Assembly (NCBI GenBank): GCA_038231275.1
Contig: JBBRLQ010000025.1
Span: 32,001-96,000, forward strand
Direction: 5' to 3'
DNA length: 64,000 nucleotides
Source of the DNA: Polyangiales bacterium
Lineage (GTDB): Bacteria > Myxococcota_A > Polyangia > Polyangiales > Polyangiaceae
Below are positions 51,144 to 61,574 of this stretch, in pieces; within the stretch, counting starts at the first letter, position 1; each line of letters opens with the position of its first letter. A program made the translations under genes and the position numbers. The notes beneath the pieces were generated by a model. It saw nothing but the letters and a program-made list of their open reading frames with translations, was not told the origin of the DNA and ran no database searches.

Positions 51144-52628
51144 TCAGGCCTTATCGAGCTTGCCGACGAGGGAGAGGGTGAAGAACGCGCCCATGTACTT
51201 GAAGTGCGGGCGCACCTTCATGTCGACTTTGTACCAGCCGGCGTTCCCCTCGACGTCCTCGACGGTGATCGACGCGGCGCGGAGCGGGCGCTTACCCCTG
51301 ACCTCCGCCGATGCGTTGTCCATGTCGACGACGTACTGCATGATCCACTTGTTCAGATCGTGCTCGAGATCGCCGCGCTCCTTCGTGGAGCCGAGGGCCT
51401 CGCGCTGGAGCACTTTGATGTAGTGCGCGAGACGGCTGATGATGAACATGTACGGCATCTGGGTGCCGAGGCGGTAGTTGAGCTCCGCTTCGCGTCCCTC
51501 CGCCGATTGGCCGAAATACTTCGGCTTTTGGCAGCTGTTCGCGGAGAAGAACGCGGCGTTGTCGGAGTCCTTGCGGAAGGTGAGGGCGATGAACCCCTCC
51601 TCCGAGAGCTCGAACTCGCGACGCTCGCTGATCATGACCTCGGTCGGGATCTTCGTCTGGATCTCGCCCATCGCCTCGTACTGGTGGAGCGGCAAGTCCT
51701 CGACCGCGCCGCCCGCCTGGGGTCCGATGATGTTCGGGCACCAGCGGTACTTGGCGAAGCTGTCGGCGATGCGCGTCGCGAACGCGTACGTGCAGTTTCC
51801 CCAGAGGTAGGTCTCGTGCTGGCCGACCGTCTCCTCTTGGTAGTTGAACGAGCGGACGGGCACCGTGGCCGGGCCGAACGGGATGCGCAGCAGGAACCGC
51901 GGCATCAGGAGGCCGACGTAGCGTGAGTCCTCGGACTCGCGGAAGGATTGCCACTTGGCGTACTGAGGGCCCTCGAAGATGGCCTTCAGGTCCTTCAAGT
52001 TCGGCAGCTTCATGAAGTCTTTGTCGCCGAAAAACTGCGGTGCCGCGGCGGCGAAGAACGGCGCGTGCGACATGGCAGAGACGGCGGCGCACTTCTGGAG
52101 GAGCAGGATGTCCTGCGGGCCGGGGCCGAACTCGTAGTTCGCGAAGATGGCGCCATACGGCTTGCCGCCGAACTGCCCGTATTCCGCGGTGTAGACGGTC
52201 TTGTAGAGACCGCTCTTCATGATCTCGGGCGCGTCCTCGAAGTCGTTCAGCAAGTCTTCCTTGCTGCAGTTGAGGAGCTCGCAGTGGATGTTCTCGCGGA
52301 AATCAGTGCGGTCGACCGTGAACTTCAGGCCGCGCCACGCGCTCTCGAGACGCTGGAAGTCCGGGTGGTGGAGGATGGCGTCGAGCTGCTTCGAGATCTT
52401 CCCGTCGATCTCCGCGATGAGCGCGTCGGCGAAGGCGCGATCGACCTTCTCGCGGCGACCCGGTGCGAGGAGCTCCGAGATGAACGCCTGAACTCCCTTG
52501 CGGGTGACGTCGTATCCTTCATCGGTCGGCTTCAGCTGGGTTTCGCTGAGGATGTCGTCGAGCAGCGAGGTCTCGGTGGTGGTCTCTGCGGCGGCGGCTG
52601 CACCAGGCGCGGCTTTCGTGTCGGCCAT
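51144..52628 (-). CDS. tssC: T6SS contractile sheath large subunit TssC/VipB
   Basis: ILHHPDFQRLESAWRGL, EYGQFGGKPYG, SRLAHYIKV, VRPHFKYMG. Confidence 0.98.
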   Translation of the reverse strand: MADTKAAPGAAAAAETTTETSLLDDILSETQLKPTDEGYDVTRKGVQAFISELLAPGRREKVDRAFADALIAEIDGKISKQLDAILHHPDFQRLESAWRGLKFTVDRTDFRENIHCELLNCSKEDLLNDFEDAPEIMKSGLYKTVYTAEYGQFGGKPYGAIFANYEFGPGPQDILLLQKCAAVSAMSHAPFFAAAAPQFFGDKDFMKLPNLKDLKAIFEGPQYAKWQSFRESEDSRYVGLLMPRFLLRIPFGPATVPVRSFNYQEETVGQHETYLWGNCTYAFATRIADSFAKYRWCPNIIGPQAGGAVEDLPLHQYEAMGEIQTKIPTEVMISERREFELSEEGFIALTFRKDSDNAAFFSANSCQKPKYFGQSAEGREAELNYRLGTQMPYMFIISRLAHYIKVLQREALGSTKERGDLEHDLNKWIMQYVVDMDNASAEVRGKRPLRAASITVEDVEGNAGWYKVDMKVRPHFKYMGAFFTLSLVGKLDKA

Positions 52629-52629
52629 C

Positions 52630-53133
52630 TCAGCTACCCTCTCCTTCGTCGCCCTTGATGCCGAGCTCCTTCACGAGCTTCTCGCGTTGGCCGCTGTCGT
52701 TCAGGAGCGCCTGGATCTTGCGCTTGAACGCCGGCACGTTGCCGAGCGGGCCCTTCAGGGCGGTCAGTGCCTTGCGTAGCTCGAGGAGCCTCTTCAGCTC
52801 GGGGACCTGCTCGGCGACCGACTCGGGACCGAAGTCCCCGAGGTTCTTGAACTTCAGGTTGACGGAGAGGAACGCGTCCTTTTCGCCCGAGAGTTGGTCG
52901 GGCACCGACATGTCGAGCGAGAGGTTCTGCTCGGCGAGGACCTGCTGGAAGTTGTCCTTGTCGATGTTGATCGGCTTGCGATCTTCCAGCGGGCGCGGAT
53001 CGGGCTTGCCGGTGTAATCGCCGATGAAGAGCATCTGGAGGGGGAGCTCGACCTCTTCACGCGCGTCGCCGATCGCCGGCTTGTACACGACGTTGATGCG
53101 CTCTTTCGGAGCGACTGATCCTTGTTTCGCCAT
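52630..53133 (-). CDS. tssB: T6SS contractile sheath small subunit TssB/VipA
   Basis: VAPKERINVVY, EVELPL, DFGPESVAEQVPELKRLLELR. Confidence 0.97.
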   Translation of the reverse strand: MAKQGSVAPKERINVVYKPAIGDAREEVELPLQMLFIGDYTGKPDPRPLEDRKPINIDKDNFQQVLAEQNLSLDMSVPDQLSGEKDAFLSVNLKFKNLGDFGPESVAEQVPELKRLLELRKALTALKGPLGNVPAFKRKIQALLNDSGQREKLVKELGIKGDEGEGS

Positions 53134-53207
53134 TCGAGTTCCTCTTTTGACTACGCGTGCCTAAGCCGCGTTCTCCCTGATTGCCCTGGCCGCTGCATTA
53201 GTGGCGC

Positions 53208-54827
53208 CTAGAGACCCATGCGAACCGCCAAGGCAGGATCCAGGCGACATATCTTCTCAATTATGACCGCCTCCCGGTGCTCCGCGTCAACAAATGGGGG
53301 ATTTGTTGCACGCAGAGAAGACAGGAGCGCAGCATACACGGACACACACAACTCGGGATCCCACGTCTCGAGCGAGCGGACGTCGATCTGCCGGAGGAGC
53401 CCTTCGAGGATGGGGCGTGACACGCCCGGCTTCTGCGCTTCGAGGGCCAGCTTCGCCGCGTCGAGCTCGAGTCGGAAGGCCGTTCGCGCGTCGGGGGAGC
53501 GGCGCGCGAGCTGCACCATGAGGCCCACGCCGTCGCCGATGCGGCCCGCCGCGATCGCCTCGCGCGCGACCGCGAGCTTTGCTTCGCGATCGGCCTTGTC
53601 GGCCTCGAGGGCCGCGTCCGACGCGCCGCCGCCGCCGCCCTTGCTGCGCAGCGCGTTGAGCCACTCGGAGGTGTCGGGCCCCGCGAAGGGCATGCCGCCG
53701 GAGAACTGGAGGTTCACGAGGTTCGGAAAGCGATCGACGAAGCCGAGGGTCATGTGGGCGACGACCGCCGCCGCGGGCTTCGAGCTGCCCCCGATCGTGT
53801 CGAGGGCGCGGGCGACCCAGAAGTGGAGATCGAGCCAGAACGGGTACTCGCCGACAGCGCCCTCCGCCTGACGCAGGAGGTCGGCCCAGCGCGCGTTGCC
53901 GGCGTGGGCTTGGAGGTCCGCGACGACGCCGGGATCGGGCGGCGGCACGAACGTCGTGCTGCCTTGCGCCTCGGGCAGCTCGCCGATCGTGAGCCACGCG
54001 CCCGTGCGCGAGAGGAAGTACGCCCATGCGCGCGCGGGGTCCTGCTGGAAGAGGGCCCGCGCGGCGCTCAGGATGGCCTTCTCGCACTTGCTGAGCGCGG
54101 CGTCGACGTCGGCGACGCTCGAGACGGTGCCGACCTGAGGCGGCGCGACGCGGATGACCTGCCCAGAGCCCCCGCCCTGCGACGCACCGGACGTGCCCGC
54201 CATCGTGCGGTCGGGCGACTCGGTCGCAGGGCCTCCCGCTTCGTCGGCAGGCGTGGGCTCGGGCGGCTTGGGGACGCTCGCGAGGCGCGTCGCGATGAGG
54301 CGCCGAACGACGCCGAGGCCAGGATGCATCTCGCCGAGCTGCTTGCCGAGGATGTCGTCCAGATCCTTGAAAAGGATCTCGCACGCAGCGAGCGAATCGC
54401 CGTCGGAGATCGTGACGTCCTTGTTTTCTTGGGCGTTCGCGACTTGCTCGATGAGCCAGCCGAACAGATTTGCGCGCGCGCGCGGGCGGCGCTCGGGGAA
54501 CATCGTGTCCCAGTATTTGTCGCAGTGCGCGCGCAGGACGACGAGCCCGTCGGCGAGGCCCGTCCAGCTCTGACGGTGCATGCGCGCGACGCAGTTCCAC
54601 GTCGCGAGGCGCATGTCTTTCGTGCGCGTCGAGAGGAGCTTGGAGCTGATCGTGGCGACGACCTCCCAGTTGGGCTGCCCCGTCACTGCGCCGAGCTTCT
54701 CGACCTCCGCCTTGACCTTCTCGAACTCGGTGTCGAAGGAGAGATCGTCGCCGCCCGGCTTCGCGCCGGGTATCGGCGCCGTCAGCGCGCTGTTGCGCGC
54801 TTCGATCGGTTCGACGACGTCGGCCAT
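53208..54827 (-). CDS. tssA: T6SS TssA (ImpA N-terminal domain)
   Basis: PIPGAKPGGDDL...PNWEVV...TKDMRL...YWDTMFP; PFWLDLH; LETWDPEL. Confidence 0.92.
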   Translation of the reverse strand: MADVVEPIEARNSALTAPIPGAKPGGDDLSFDTEFEKVKAEVEKLGAVTGQPNWEVVATISSKLLSTRTKDMRLATWNCVARMHRQSWTGLADGLVVLRAHCDKYWDTMFPERRPRARANLFGWLIEQVANAQENKDVTISDGDSLAACEILFKDLDDILGKQLGEMHPGLGVVRRLIATRLASVPKPPEPTPADEAGGPATESPDRTMAGTSGASQGGGSGQVIRVAPPQVGTVSSVADVDAALSKCEKAILSAARALFQQDPARAWAYFLSRTGAWLTIGELPEAQGSTTFVPPPDPGVVADLQAHAGNARWADLLRQAEGAVGEYPFWLDLHFWVARALDTIGGSSKPAAAVVAHMTLGFVDRFPNLVNLQFSGGMPFAGPDTSEWLNALRSKGGGGGASDAALEADKADREAKLAVAREAIAAGRIGDGVGLMVQLARRSPDARTAFRLELDAAKLALEAQKPGVSRPILEGLLRQIDVRSLETWDPELCVSVYAALLSSLRATNPPFVDAEHREAVIIEKICRLDPALAVRMGL

Positions 54828-54828
54828 C

Positions 54829-55836
54829 TCACGCTTCGAGGAGCCCGAGCAGCTCGGCGACCGGCGCGTCTCCCCCCTCGAGCAGCATTCCGAGCGGCCT
54901 CGGAAAGCTCGAGATGAGCTGCGGCCGGTGCTCGTTCGCGGTGACGCCCAGGAGGTTCACGACGTGATCACTGTCGGGATCGGGGGACCACAGCTCGGCG
55001 AGCGCGCTCGGCGTGACTTGGCCCAGCTGAATCAAGATGGAGCCGTCGTCGCCGTCGAACGACCAGAAGCACGTCGGCGTCGTCGCCCGCCACCTGGCGA
55101 CGCGGCGCACGATGTCGAGCCAGAACACCGCCGCAGCGATCCCCGCTGAACCGAGGCGCAGCCGCACCGCGAGCGGCGTCGTGAGGTTCTCGCGCTCGCC
55201 GAACGGACCGAGCGCCTCGCGGATCGCTTTCAGCGCGCCCAGCGGCGCGTCCGATTCGGCGCTCCCGTAGATGGCCGCCCAGGCGACGCTCACCGGCGTG
55301 CTCCGCGTCCACGCGTCGTATTCCGTGGCCACCGCGTCGGTGTAGACAGACGGCAGCGCGACCCGCGCGATGCGCTCCTGGTACTCCGACGCGCTCGTCA
55401 CCGCGTTTGCGTCAACGGACGCCGCGGTGGCCGACTCGAGGAAATCACCGAGTAGCAGCGGCAAGAGGTGGGGGTACGGCGAGACGTCGCGCTCGCCGAT
55501 CTGCGCGAACACGACGAGCGGGAACTTACGACCGACCGAGTCGTGGCTCGGCTTCAGGACTCCGACGAGCAGCCCGCCGTCGCGCACCGGCGGCTTGAAC
55601 ACGAACGCGTGGATGGGGCCTTTGCCATAGACGCCGGGCCACGCCGCCGCGTGCTTCTTCTCGCCGGCGGCCATGCCCGCCTCGAGCCACTGCTCGAAGG
55701 CCGGGTGCGGCTTGGCCCCCGCGCGGACGAAGTCGCCCATCTTGGGGACCTTGCCGTACGCGCCGACGGCCACTGGCACCGGCGGCAGCGTCGACGCGGC
55801 GTCCTTCTTGTCTTTCTTGAAGAACGGGAACGGCAA
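54829..55836 (-). CDS. tagF: T6SS regulator TagF
   Basis: GAYGKVPKMGDFV and PSHDSVGRKFPL motifs; TTG start. Confidence 0.9.
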   Translation of the reverse strand: MPFPFFKKDKKDAASTLPPVPVAVGAYGKVPKMGDFVRAGAKPHPAFEQWLEAGMAAGEKKHAAAWPGVYGKGPIHAFVFKPPVRDGGLLVGVLKPSHDSVGRKFPLVVFAQIGERDVSPYPHLLPLLLGDFLESATAASVDANAVTSASEYQERIARVALPSVYTDAVATEYDAWTRSTPVSVAWAAIYGSAESDAPLGALKAIREALGPFGERENLTTPLAVRLRLGSAGIAAAVFWLDIVRRVARWRATTPTCFWSFDGDDGSILIQLGQVTPSALAELWSPDPDSDHVVNLLGVTANEHRPQLISSFPRPLGMLLEGGDAPVAELLGLLEA

Positions 55837-55839
55837 GCG

Positions 55840-58800
55840 TCACCTGACGCCGACGGCGATGACGCGCGGACAGGTGTACGGCTTGAACACGCGCGATTTG
55901 CGCGTGATGTACGACGGGAACACGCTCTCGTCCTTCGTCGGCCGAATGTCCACCTTGACCACCCCCTGCTGCGAGCGCAGCACCCACGTCACCACGATCG
56001 TCTGAGGCGCGCCGCGCTTGCCGCCTTCGGTGCCGGGCTCGATCTTGCTCGCGGCGTCGAAGAGGCGGAAGAGGCCCCACTCGCCGGGCCGCAAGATCTC
56101 CTCGTCGAGGCTGTTGTAGCCGTGGATCTTCACGCGGCTCTGCTCGCTCTTCGGATCCTTGGCGGGCCACTGGACGGTGATCCACTCCTCGGGCTCGTTC
56201 TTGTACGTGTGGCTCACGCCGTTGATGTCGAAGGTGACGTCGGCGATGTTGTCCGAGATGCTGTGGAGGTTCAGATCGAACTCCACGAGCGGCTTGTCGC
56301 TCTTCTCGGGGAACGTCGCCTTCGAGATCTCGAGCCCGCGGTCGTAGCACTTGAGGAAGCCGCCGGTGTAGCCGGGCGTATGGCCGAAGCGCGTGCCCGG
56401 CACGAAGTGATCGCCGACCTTGTCGATCGAGCCCTTGAGGCTCGTATCGTAGAAGCCGAAGAGGACACCGCCGGGTCGGAAGAACTCGGTGTAGTCCTGG
56501 ACCTTGACGTCCTTCCAGGTGTCGGCGAACGGGTAGCCGTCCTCGAGCTTGCTGTGCCATTTGGCCCAGACGTCGGACTCCCAGTTGCCGCCCTCGGTGC
56601 CGATGGCGCTGGTTTTGTACCCGGCCCACGCCATCTCCAGCGGGTTCAAGAGGAGCGGCGAGATGATGGGGCGCGTGAAGCCGCTCTGCGACGGCGACAG
56701 GAGCTCGTTGGTCGTCCGGATCGCGTTCTCGAACGCGGCGGTCACGGCCTTTGGATCGACGCCCTTGCCCTTGCTGTCGCGGAGATCGGTGAGGATGGCG
56801 ACGACGTTGGCGACGATGCGATCCTGGTAGTGCGCGAGCTGCGTGTCCGACGGCTTGTTCGGATCGACGGGGCCGGGCTTCACGCCGAAGCGAACCATCG
56901 GCTGGAACGCGATCTCGGGCGGCATCGGCTGGCGGGCGGCCGGCAAAGGATCGATCAGACCCGCGTCGACCAGGATTTGCGTCGACGGGTTGTTCTGCAG
57001 GATCTTTCGCTTCGCTTCGTTCTCGAGAACCTGCTCGGCGAACTCGCTCGCGGGCGGGTCGAGGCGCGTATTTTCCTCGAGCGTCCGCTCTAGACGCAGG
57101 TACGGCCACGGCACCTCGCTCAGCGCCTGAAGCTCCTCGAGCGCCTCGTCGTTGCTCGTCGGCTTGCGAACGTCGAGGTCCTTGAGGAAGTCCGCCCACG
57201 CGCGGATGTAGGCGTTGAAGTAGCGCTCGCGAAGCTCTTTGAGCTGCTTCTCCATCTGCGCGAGGCCGAGCTGATCGGTCTCGCCGAGGACCCAGCGCTC
57301 GAGCGCGAGCTGCTTCGCGCGGTCTTTCCCGAGCCGATCGCGCACGTACGTCTCCCAGCCGATCTTCGTGAACGCGCCGGTGACGACGATCTCGGGGCTG
57401 CTCTTGGAGGTGACGTACGAGCCGAACGCTGTGTTGAGGAAAATAGACTCACGCGTGATCGGCGGGACGTTCTCGTTCGCGTCGCGGATGAGGCCGCTGT
57501 ACTCGCGATCGGCCGCCGAGACGCGCTTGAGGAAGGACCTCACGCGGTTCTTCAGGTTCTCGTCGCACGTCCACGGAGGGATCTCCTTCCGCTTCATGAG
57601 CTCGAGGTAGTAGTTCACGTGCGGGCGGAGGACTTCCTTCTCGCCCTTGCCGCTCGCGCCGAGCGCGCGGCCCCAGCCGTCGGTGAGCGCGCCGGTCTCC
57701 CACTCGACGTCGAGACGATCGACGTCGCACGCCTGGAGGTAGGCCTTCAGGCGGTTGAAGTAGGTGTTGTACTCGTCGGTGGTGAGCGAAGTCTTGTCGA
57801 CGATCGCGCGGAGCTCGTCCTCGATCCGGCCCTTGGTGGGCCGAGCGAATCCCTCTTGGAGGTTCGAGATGTAGACGGCGCGCGTGGGCTCGTAGAGATC
57901 GTCGCCGACGTACATGCCCCAGCGGTACGCGATGGGCGCGCCATCTTGCTTCCACGCGTCGAGTTGCTTCAGCTGCGCGCGCAGATCGTCGAAGCGGCGG
58001 ACCTTGTCGACGATCGTCATCGTGCGATCGTTCCATGGCACCTTGGTCGCCTCTGCCGCGACCTGCTCGGTCTGCGCGAGGAGCTGGCGGTTCTTGAGGA
58101 ACGTGCACGACGACGGCAGGACGAGGATGCTCGCGAGGAGGAGGCACGCGATCGCGAAGGCGATGCGGTTGATCAGCTGGCGGCGCAGCTCACCCTTGGT
58201 GCGACCGGCGTAGTTCTGATCGGGGAAGACGATGCGGCGGAAGACGTCGGTGACGAAGTAGCTCTTCGACTCGGTGGTCTGCTGCGGCGGCTGGATGGGC
58301 TGGGCGCTTCCGATGTTGAAGACGCGAAGCATTCCGCCGATGACGCGATCGATCGGGCTGCCCTCTTGCGTGCCGCTCGTGAAGTACACGCCGCGGAGGA
58401 TCGGGGTCTCCTGGAACGCGTTCGGCGCGAAGAGCGACGTGACGAAGTCGGAGAGGTTCTCCCGGAGGGACTGGAACTCGAGCGGGAAGTGGAAGACGGC
58501 GCGGCGCGCGTCGGGCGAGCGCTCGTTGCCGATGCGGCGGACGGCGCGCGCGTGGAGCGTCAGCGCGAGCTGATCGAACTCGTCCTCGAACTGGGCGGCC
58601 GCCGCCTGCTGCATCGGTCCCATGAGCGGGAACGTCACGCCCCACGTCTGCGAGCGCTCGCTCTTGCGGAGATCGTTCCAGAACTCCACGAAGCCGGCGA
58701 CGAGATCCATCTTGGTGAAGACGACGTAAATCGGCACCACCATGCGCAGGCGCGTCATCACCTCGTCGATGCGGCCGCGGATTCGCTTCGCCTGCGCGTC

Positions 58801-59454
58801 GATCTCCTCCTCGGTCGCCTGCATCAGATCGGTGACGCTGATGGCGACGAGGATGCCGTTCACGGGCTTACGTGAGCGGTATTTCAGCAGCATTCCGAGG
58901 AAGGCGAGCCACTCTTCGTGGTCGTCGGCCTCGGTGGTGTAGCGGCCGGCGGTGTCGAGGAGGATGCCCTCGTTCGTGAACCACCAGTCGCAGTTGCGCG
59001 TGCCGCCGATGCCGCGCACGCCTCCGCCCTTGGGATCCAAGAACGGGAACGCGAGGCCCGAGTGCTTGAGGGCCGTCGTCTTGCCGGCGCCCGGCGGGCC
59101 GATCATGAGGTACCAGGGCAGCGAATAGAGCGCCGTCGCGCCGGTCTGCCCGAGCTTGCTCGCCTTCAGCGACGCGATGCCGCGCTGGAGCTGGACCTGC
59201 AGCTCCATGATCTCGGCGCGGCGATCGGGGCGGGCGTTGGCGGCTTGCTCCTCGGCCTGCTTGAGCATGTCGCGCTCGAGCTTCTTCGCCTGCATCACCA
59301 TGCGGATGCGTCGGAAGAGGATGGCCGCGACGACCATCAGGACGATGAGGACGGTGAGGAGGATCTTCAGCCACAGCGCCCAGCCGAGGAAGAAGCCGCC
59401 CAGCCACGTCCCGACGAGGAGGAAGAGCGCGAGGATGATTGACCAGAGGACCAT
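55840..59454 (-). CDS. tssM: T6SS membrane complex subunit TssM/IcmF
   Basis: N-terminal TMs; LPWYLMIGPPGAGKTT, CDWWFT...LDTAGRY, RGVYFTSGTQEG; C-terminal WGLFRL. Confidence 0.97.
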   Translation of the reverse strand: MVLWSIILALFLLVGTWLGGFFLGWALWLKILLTVLIVLMVVAAILFRRIRMVMQAKKLERDMLKQAEEQAANARPDRRAEIMELQVQLQRGIASLKASKLGQTGATALYSLPWYLMIGPPGAGKTTALKHSGLAFPFLDPKGGGVRGIGGTRNCDWWFTNEGILLDTAGRYTTEADDHEEWLAFLGMLLKYRSRKPVNGILVAISVTDLMQATEEEIDAQAKRIRGRIDEVMTRLRMVVPIYVVFTKMDLVAGFVEFWNDLRKSERSQTWGVTFPLMGPMQQAAAAQFEDEFDQLALTLHARAVRRIGNERSPDARRAVFHFPLEFQSLRENLSDFVTSLFAPNAFQETPILRGVYFTSGTQEGSPIDRVIGGMLRVFNIGSAQPIQPPQQTTESKSYFVTDVFRRIVFPDQNYAGRTKGELRRQLINRIAFAIACLLLASILVLPSSCTFLKNRQLLAQTEQVAAEATKVPWNDRTMTIVDKVRRFDDLRAQLKQLDAWKQDGAPIAYRWGMYVGDDLYEPTRAVYISNLQEGFARPTKGRIEDELRAIVDKTSLTTDEYNTYFNRLKAYLQACDVDRLDVEWETGALTDGWGRALGASGKGEKEVLRPHVNYYLELMKRKEIPPWTCDENLKNRVRSFLKRVSAADREYSGLIRDANENVPPITRESIFLNTAFGSYVTSKSSPEIVVTGAFTKIGWETYVRDRLGKDRAKQLALERWVLGETDQLGLAQMEKQLKELRERYFNAYIRAWADFLKDLDVRKPTSNDEALEELQALSEVPWPYLRLERTLEENTRLDPPASEFAEQVLENEAKRKILQNNPSTQILVDAGLIDPLPAARQPMPPEIAFQPMVRFGVKPGPVDPNKPSDTQLAHYQDRIVANVVAILTDLRDSKGKGVDPKAVTAAFENAIRTTNELLSPSQSGFTRPIISPLLLNPLEMAWAGYKTSAIGTEGGNWESDVWAKWHSKLEDGYPFADTWKDVKVQDYTEFFRPGGVLFGFYDTSLKGSIDKVGDHFVPGTRFGHTPGYTGGFLKCYDRGLEISKATFPEKSDKPLVEFDLNLHSISDNIADVTFDINGVSHTYKNEPEEWITVQWPAKDPKSEQSRVKIHGYNSLDEEILRPGEWGLFRLFDAASKIEPGTEGGKRGAPQTIVVTWVLRSQQGVVKVDIRPTKDESVFPSYITRKSRVFKPYTCPRVIAVGVR

Positions 59455-59461
59455 GGCGCTC

Positions 59462-60154
59462 TTAGGGTTTCGCCGGGGACTGAGCCGCGGTGATCGTGGA
59501 CGACTTGGTCATTCTGCTCGATGTGGCCGATGTGCCGATGAGCAGGGTCACCTTGAGGGCGACAAACAAGGCGAGTGCCAGGCCGAAGAAGATGAGCGAG
59601 AGCATCACGATCGGGCGCTCTTGCTGGACGAGCGAGCGCACTCCGTCACGCGGCTCGCCGTGGGGGCTGATGACGTCGCTTGGGGGCAGCGCGCGAGAGA
59701 CTTCGGCGCCGACCTGGTCCATGAGCGGGCCCATGCCCTCCCCTTGCCGGACCGCGTACTTTCCGAGGAATCCGAGCTCGAGGCACCAGTAAAAAATCTC
59801 GAGGACGTGCGCCTTGTGCGTCTGGCCTTGGAGCGCCTGCATGCGCTGGAAGAAGCCTTCGCCGGCGGTGTTCTCGTTGAAGTAGAGAAACTGCAGCGGG
59901 CGCGAGAGCCACTGGTTGCGGCCCGGCCAGTCGTTGCGCAGGACCTGCTCGTCCATGAACGCGGCGATGGCGTAGCGCGCCTCGTTGAAGTCCTCCTCCG
60001 GGATCCCGACGTCGCGGCAGCGGCGCGACATCTGATCGAACATCGAGGAGATGCGGCGCTGAAGCTCGTCGGCCGGCGGGAGCGCGTGGGAGAGCCCGAT
60101 CTGCGTTGCGAGCGAGAGAGCGCCGGCACATGCCCAGTACATCTTGTCGATCAT
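59462..60154 (-). CDS. tssL: T6SS TssL/DotU (no OmpA domain)
   Basis: ARYAIAAFMDE, AGEGFF, CLELGFLGKY; C-terminal TM. Confidence 0.95.
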   Translation of the reverse strand: MIDKMYWACAGALSLATQIGLSHALPPADELQRRISSMFDQMSRRCRDVGIPEEDFNEARYAIAAFMDEQVLRNDWPGRNQWLSRPLQFLYFNENTAGEGFFQRMQALQGQTHKAHVLEIFYWCLELGFLGKYAVRQGEGMGPLMDQVGAEVSRALPPSDVISPHGEPRDGVRSLVQQERPIVMLSLIFFGLALALFVALKVTLLIGTSATSSRMTKSSTITAAQSPAKP

Positions 60155-60209
60155 GCCCGCCTCCTTTCGCTCATTCCGAATCCATCAAATGCGTATAGGA
60201 ACAAGGTGA

Positions 60210-61574
60210 TCATCGCAAATTCGCGGGGTCTACCGCAAAAAGCTGGAGCGTGATCGCGTCGGGCTCGATCGGCTGGTAGATGGCGACCGTTCCCGTTCCG
60301 GCGATGTCGTTCCAGAAATCCGGGGTCTTCGTCAGCTTGAAATAAATGATGCCGCTGCGCACGGGCAGCGCCCCCGGGGGCCGGTACTCGAGCTCGAGCT
60401 TGGCTCCGTTGACGGCGCTGTTGAGGATCGAGTTGATGTGGTTCCAGGAGGCCACCTTGGTCAGCTTGGGCAACCGCTCGCGGACTTGCCCTTCGGGGAC
60501 GGCGTTGGTGGCGCGGACCGCCACGAAGAACTCGCACTTGAGGAGGGCGCGATCCTCGATCTGGCCGAGGTACATGCCGTCCTCGCGCTTGGTGAGCGGA
60601 ATTTCGATGTATTTCTCCGCCACGACGGCGTCGAGGAGCGTGTACGCGCGCTGGAACATCGGCGCGAAGGTCTCGCCGAGGTCCTGGAAGTTAAAACGCG
60701 GGATCGTGGTCGGATCTCCCTCGACGGCGAACGTACAGAGGAGACCGATGAGCTGCGCGAGCGCGATGTAGGCGTCCTCTGGGTGGCTGGTGCCTTGATC
60801 GGCGAGGTGCGCGAACGGCGGGATCGTCAGGTTGAGGGCATTGAGGAGCCAGAATTTGGCGGCGTCGCTCGCCTGGAACTCGACCGCGGCCGCGGTGCGC
60901 TGGCGGCGCGTATCGGCGAGGCTCCGCTGCTTGGCGGTCATCGCCTCGAGGAGACGCGTGAAGCCGGTCATCAAGAACTGCGACGCCGAGATGCGGAGCG
61001 CCGGCGGGACGAACCCCTCCTTCACGATGATCGTGCCGGTCGCCGAGCGCGTGAGCTGCGCGACGCGGATGAGATCGAGCGCGTCCTTGCGCTCCTCGCC
61101 GATGATGATGCGGTAGTTGCGGCGGGCGAACTGCATCGGCTGCTCGCCCTGCCCGAGGTTGAAATCGAGCTGCGAGCCGTGCTCGCGGATGAAGCGGGTG
61201 AGCGCGCCGGGACGCGCGTCGAGGTCCACGTTCGCGCCGGTGTCGCTCTCGGTCTGGAGGCCGACGAAGATGTCGAGCGTGCGCGTCTGCGCGGTGAGCG
61301 CGTTCTCGATCGGCCGCGCGGGGAGCGTGTCGTCGGTGTTCTCGCCCACGAAGATCGGCGTCCCGTCCGGCAAAATGGCGCTCAAGCGCTGGAGGCGAAA
61401 CTGCCCGGTCGCGAGCGCGCGCTCGTCGATTTCGATGTCGGTGACGCCCCAGCCGTAGGGCTGCGCGGCGGCGATGCGGTCGTGGAGGAGCTGTTCGTGG
61501 TAGCGATCGAGCTGCTGAAGGTGGTGCTGCGTGATGAACAGCCCTTCGGTCCAGATCAGCTTCTTCGCCCTCAT
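60210..61574 (-). CDS. tssK: T6SS baseplate subunit TssK, 454 aa
   Basis: MRAKKLIWTEGLFITQHHLQQLDRY...YGWGV...LPDGT; ATGA overlap with tssJ. Confidence 0.95.
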   Translation of the reverse strand: MRAKKLIWTEGLFITQHHLQQLDRYHEQLLHDRIAAAQPYGWGVTDIEIDERALATGQFRLQRLSAILPDGTPIFVGENTDDTLPARPIENALTAQTRTLDIFVGLQTESDTGANVDLDARPGALTRFIREHGSQLDFNLGQGEQPMQFARRNYRIIIGEERKDALDLIRVAQLTRSATGTIIVKEGFVPPALRISASQFLMTGFTRLLEAMTAKQRSLADTRRQRTAAAVEFQASDAAKFWLLNALNLTIPPFAHLADQGTSHPEDAYIALAQLIGLLCTFAVEGDPTTIPRFNFQDLGETFAPMFQRAYTLLDAVVAEKYIEIPLTKREDGMYLGQIEDRALLKCEFFVAVRATNAVPEGQVRERLPKLTKVASWNHINSILNSAVNGAKLELEYRPPGALPVRSGIIYFKLTKTPDFWNDIAGTGTVAIYQPIEPDAITLQLFAVDPANLR

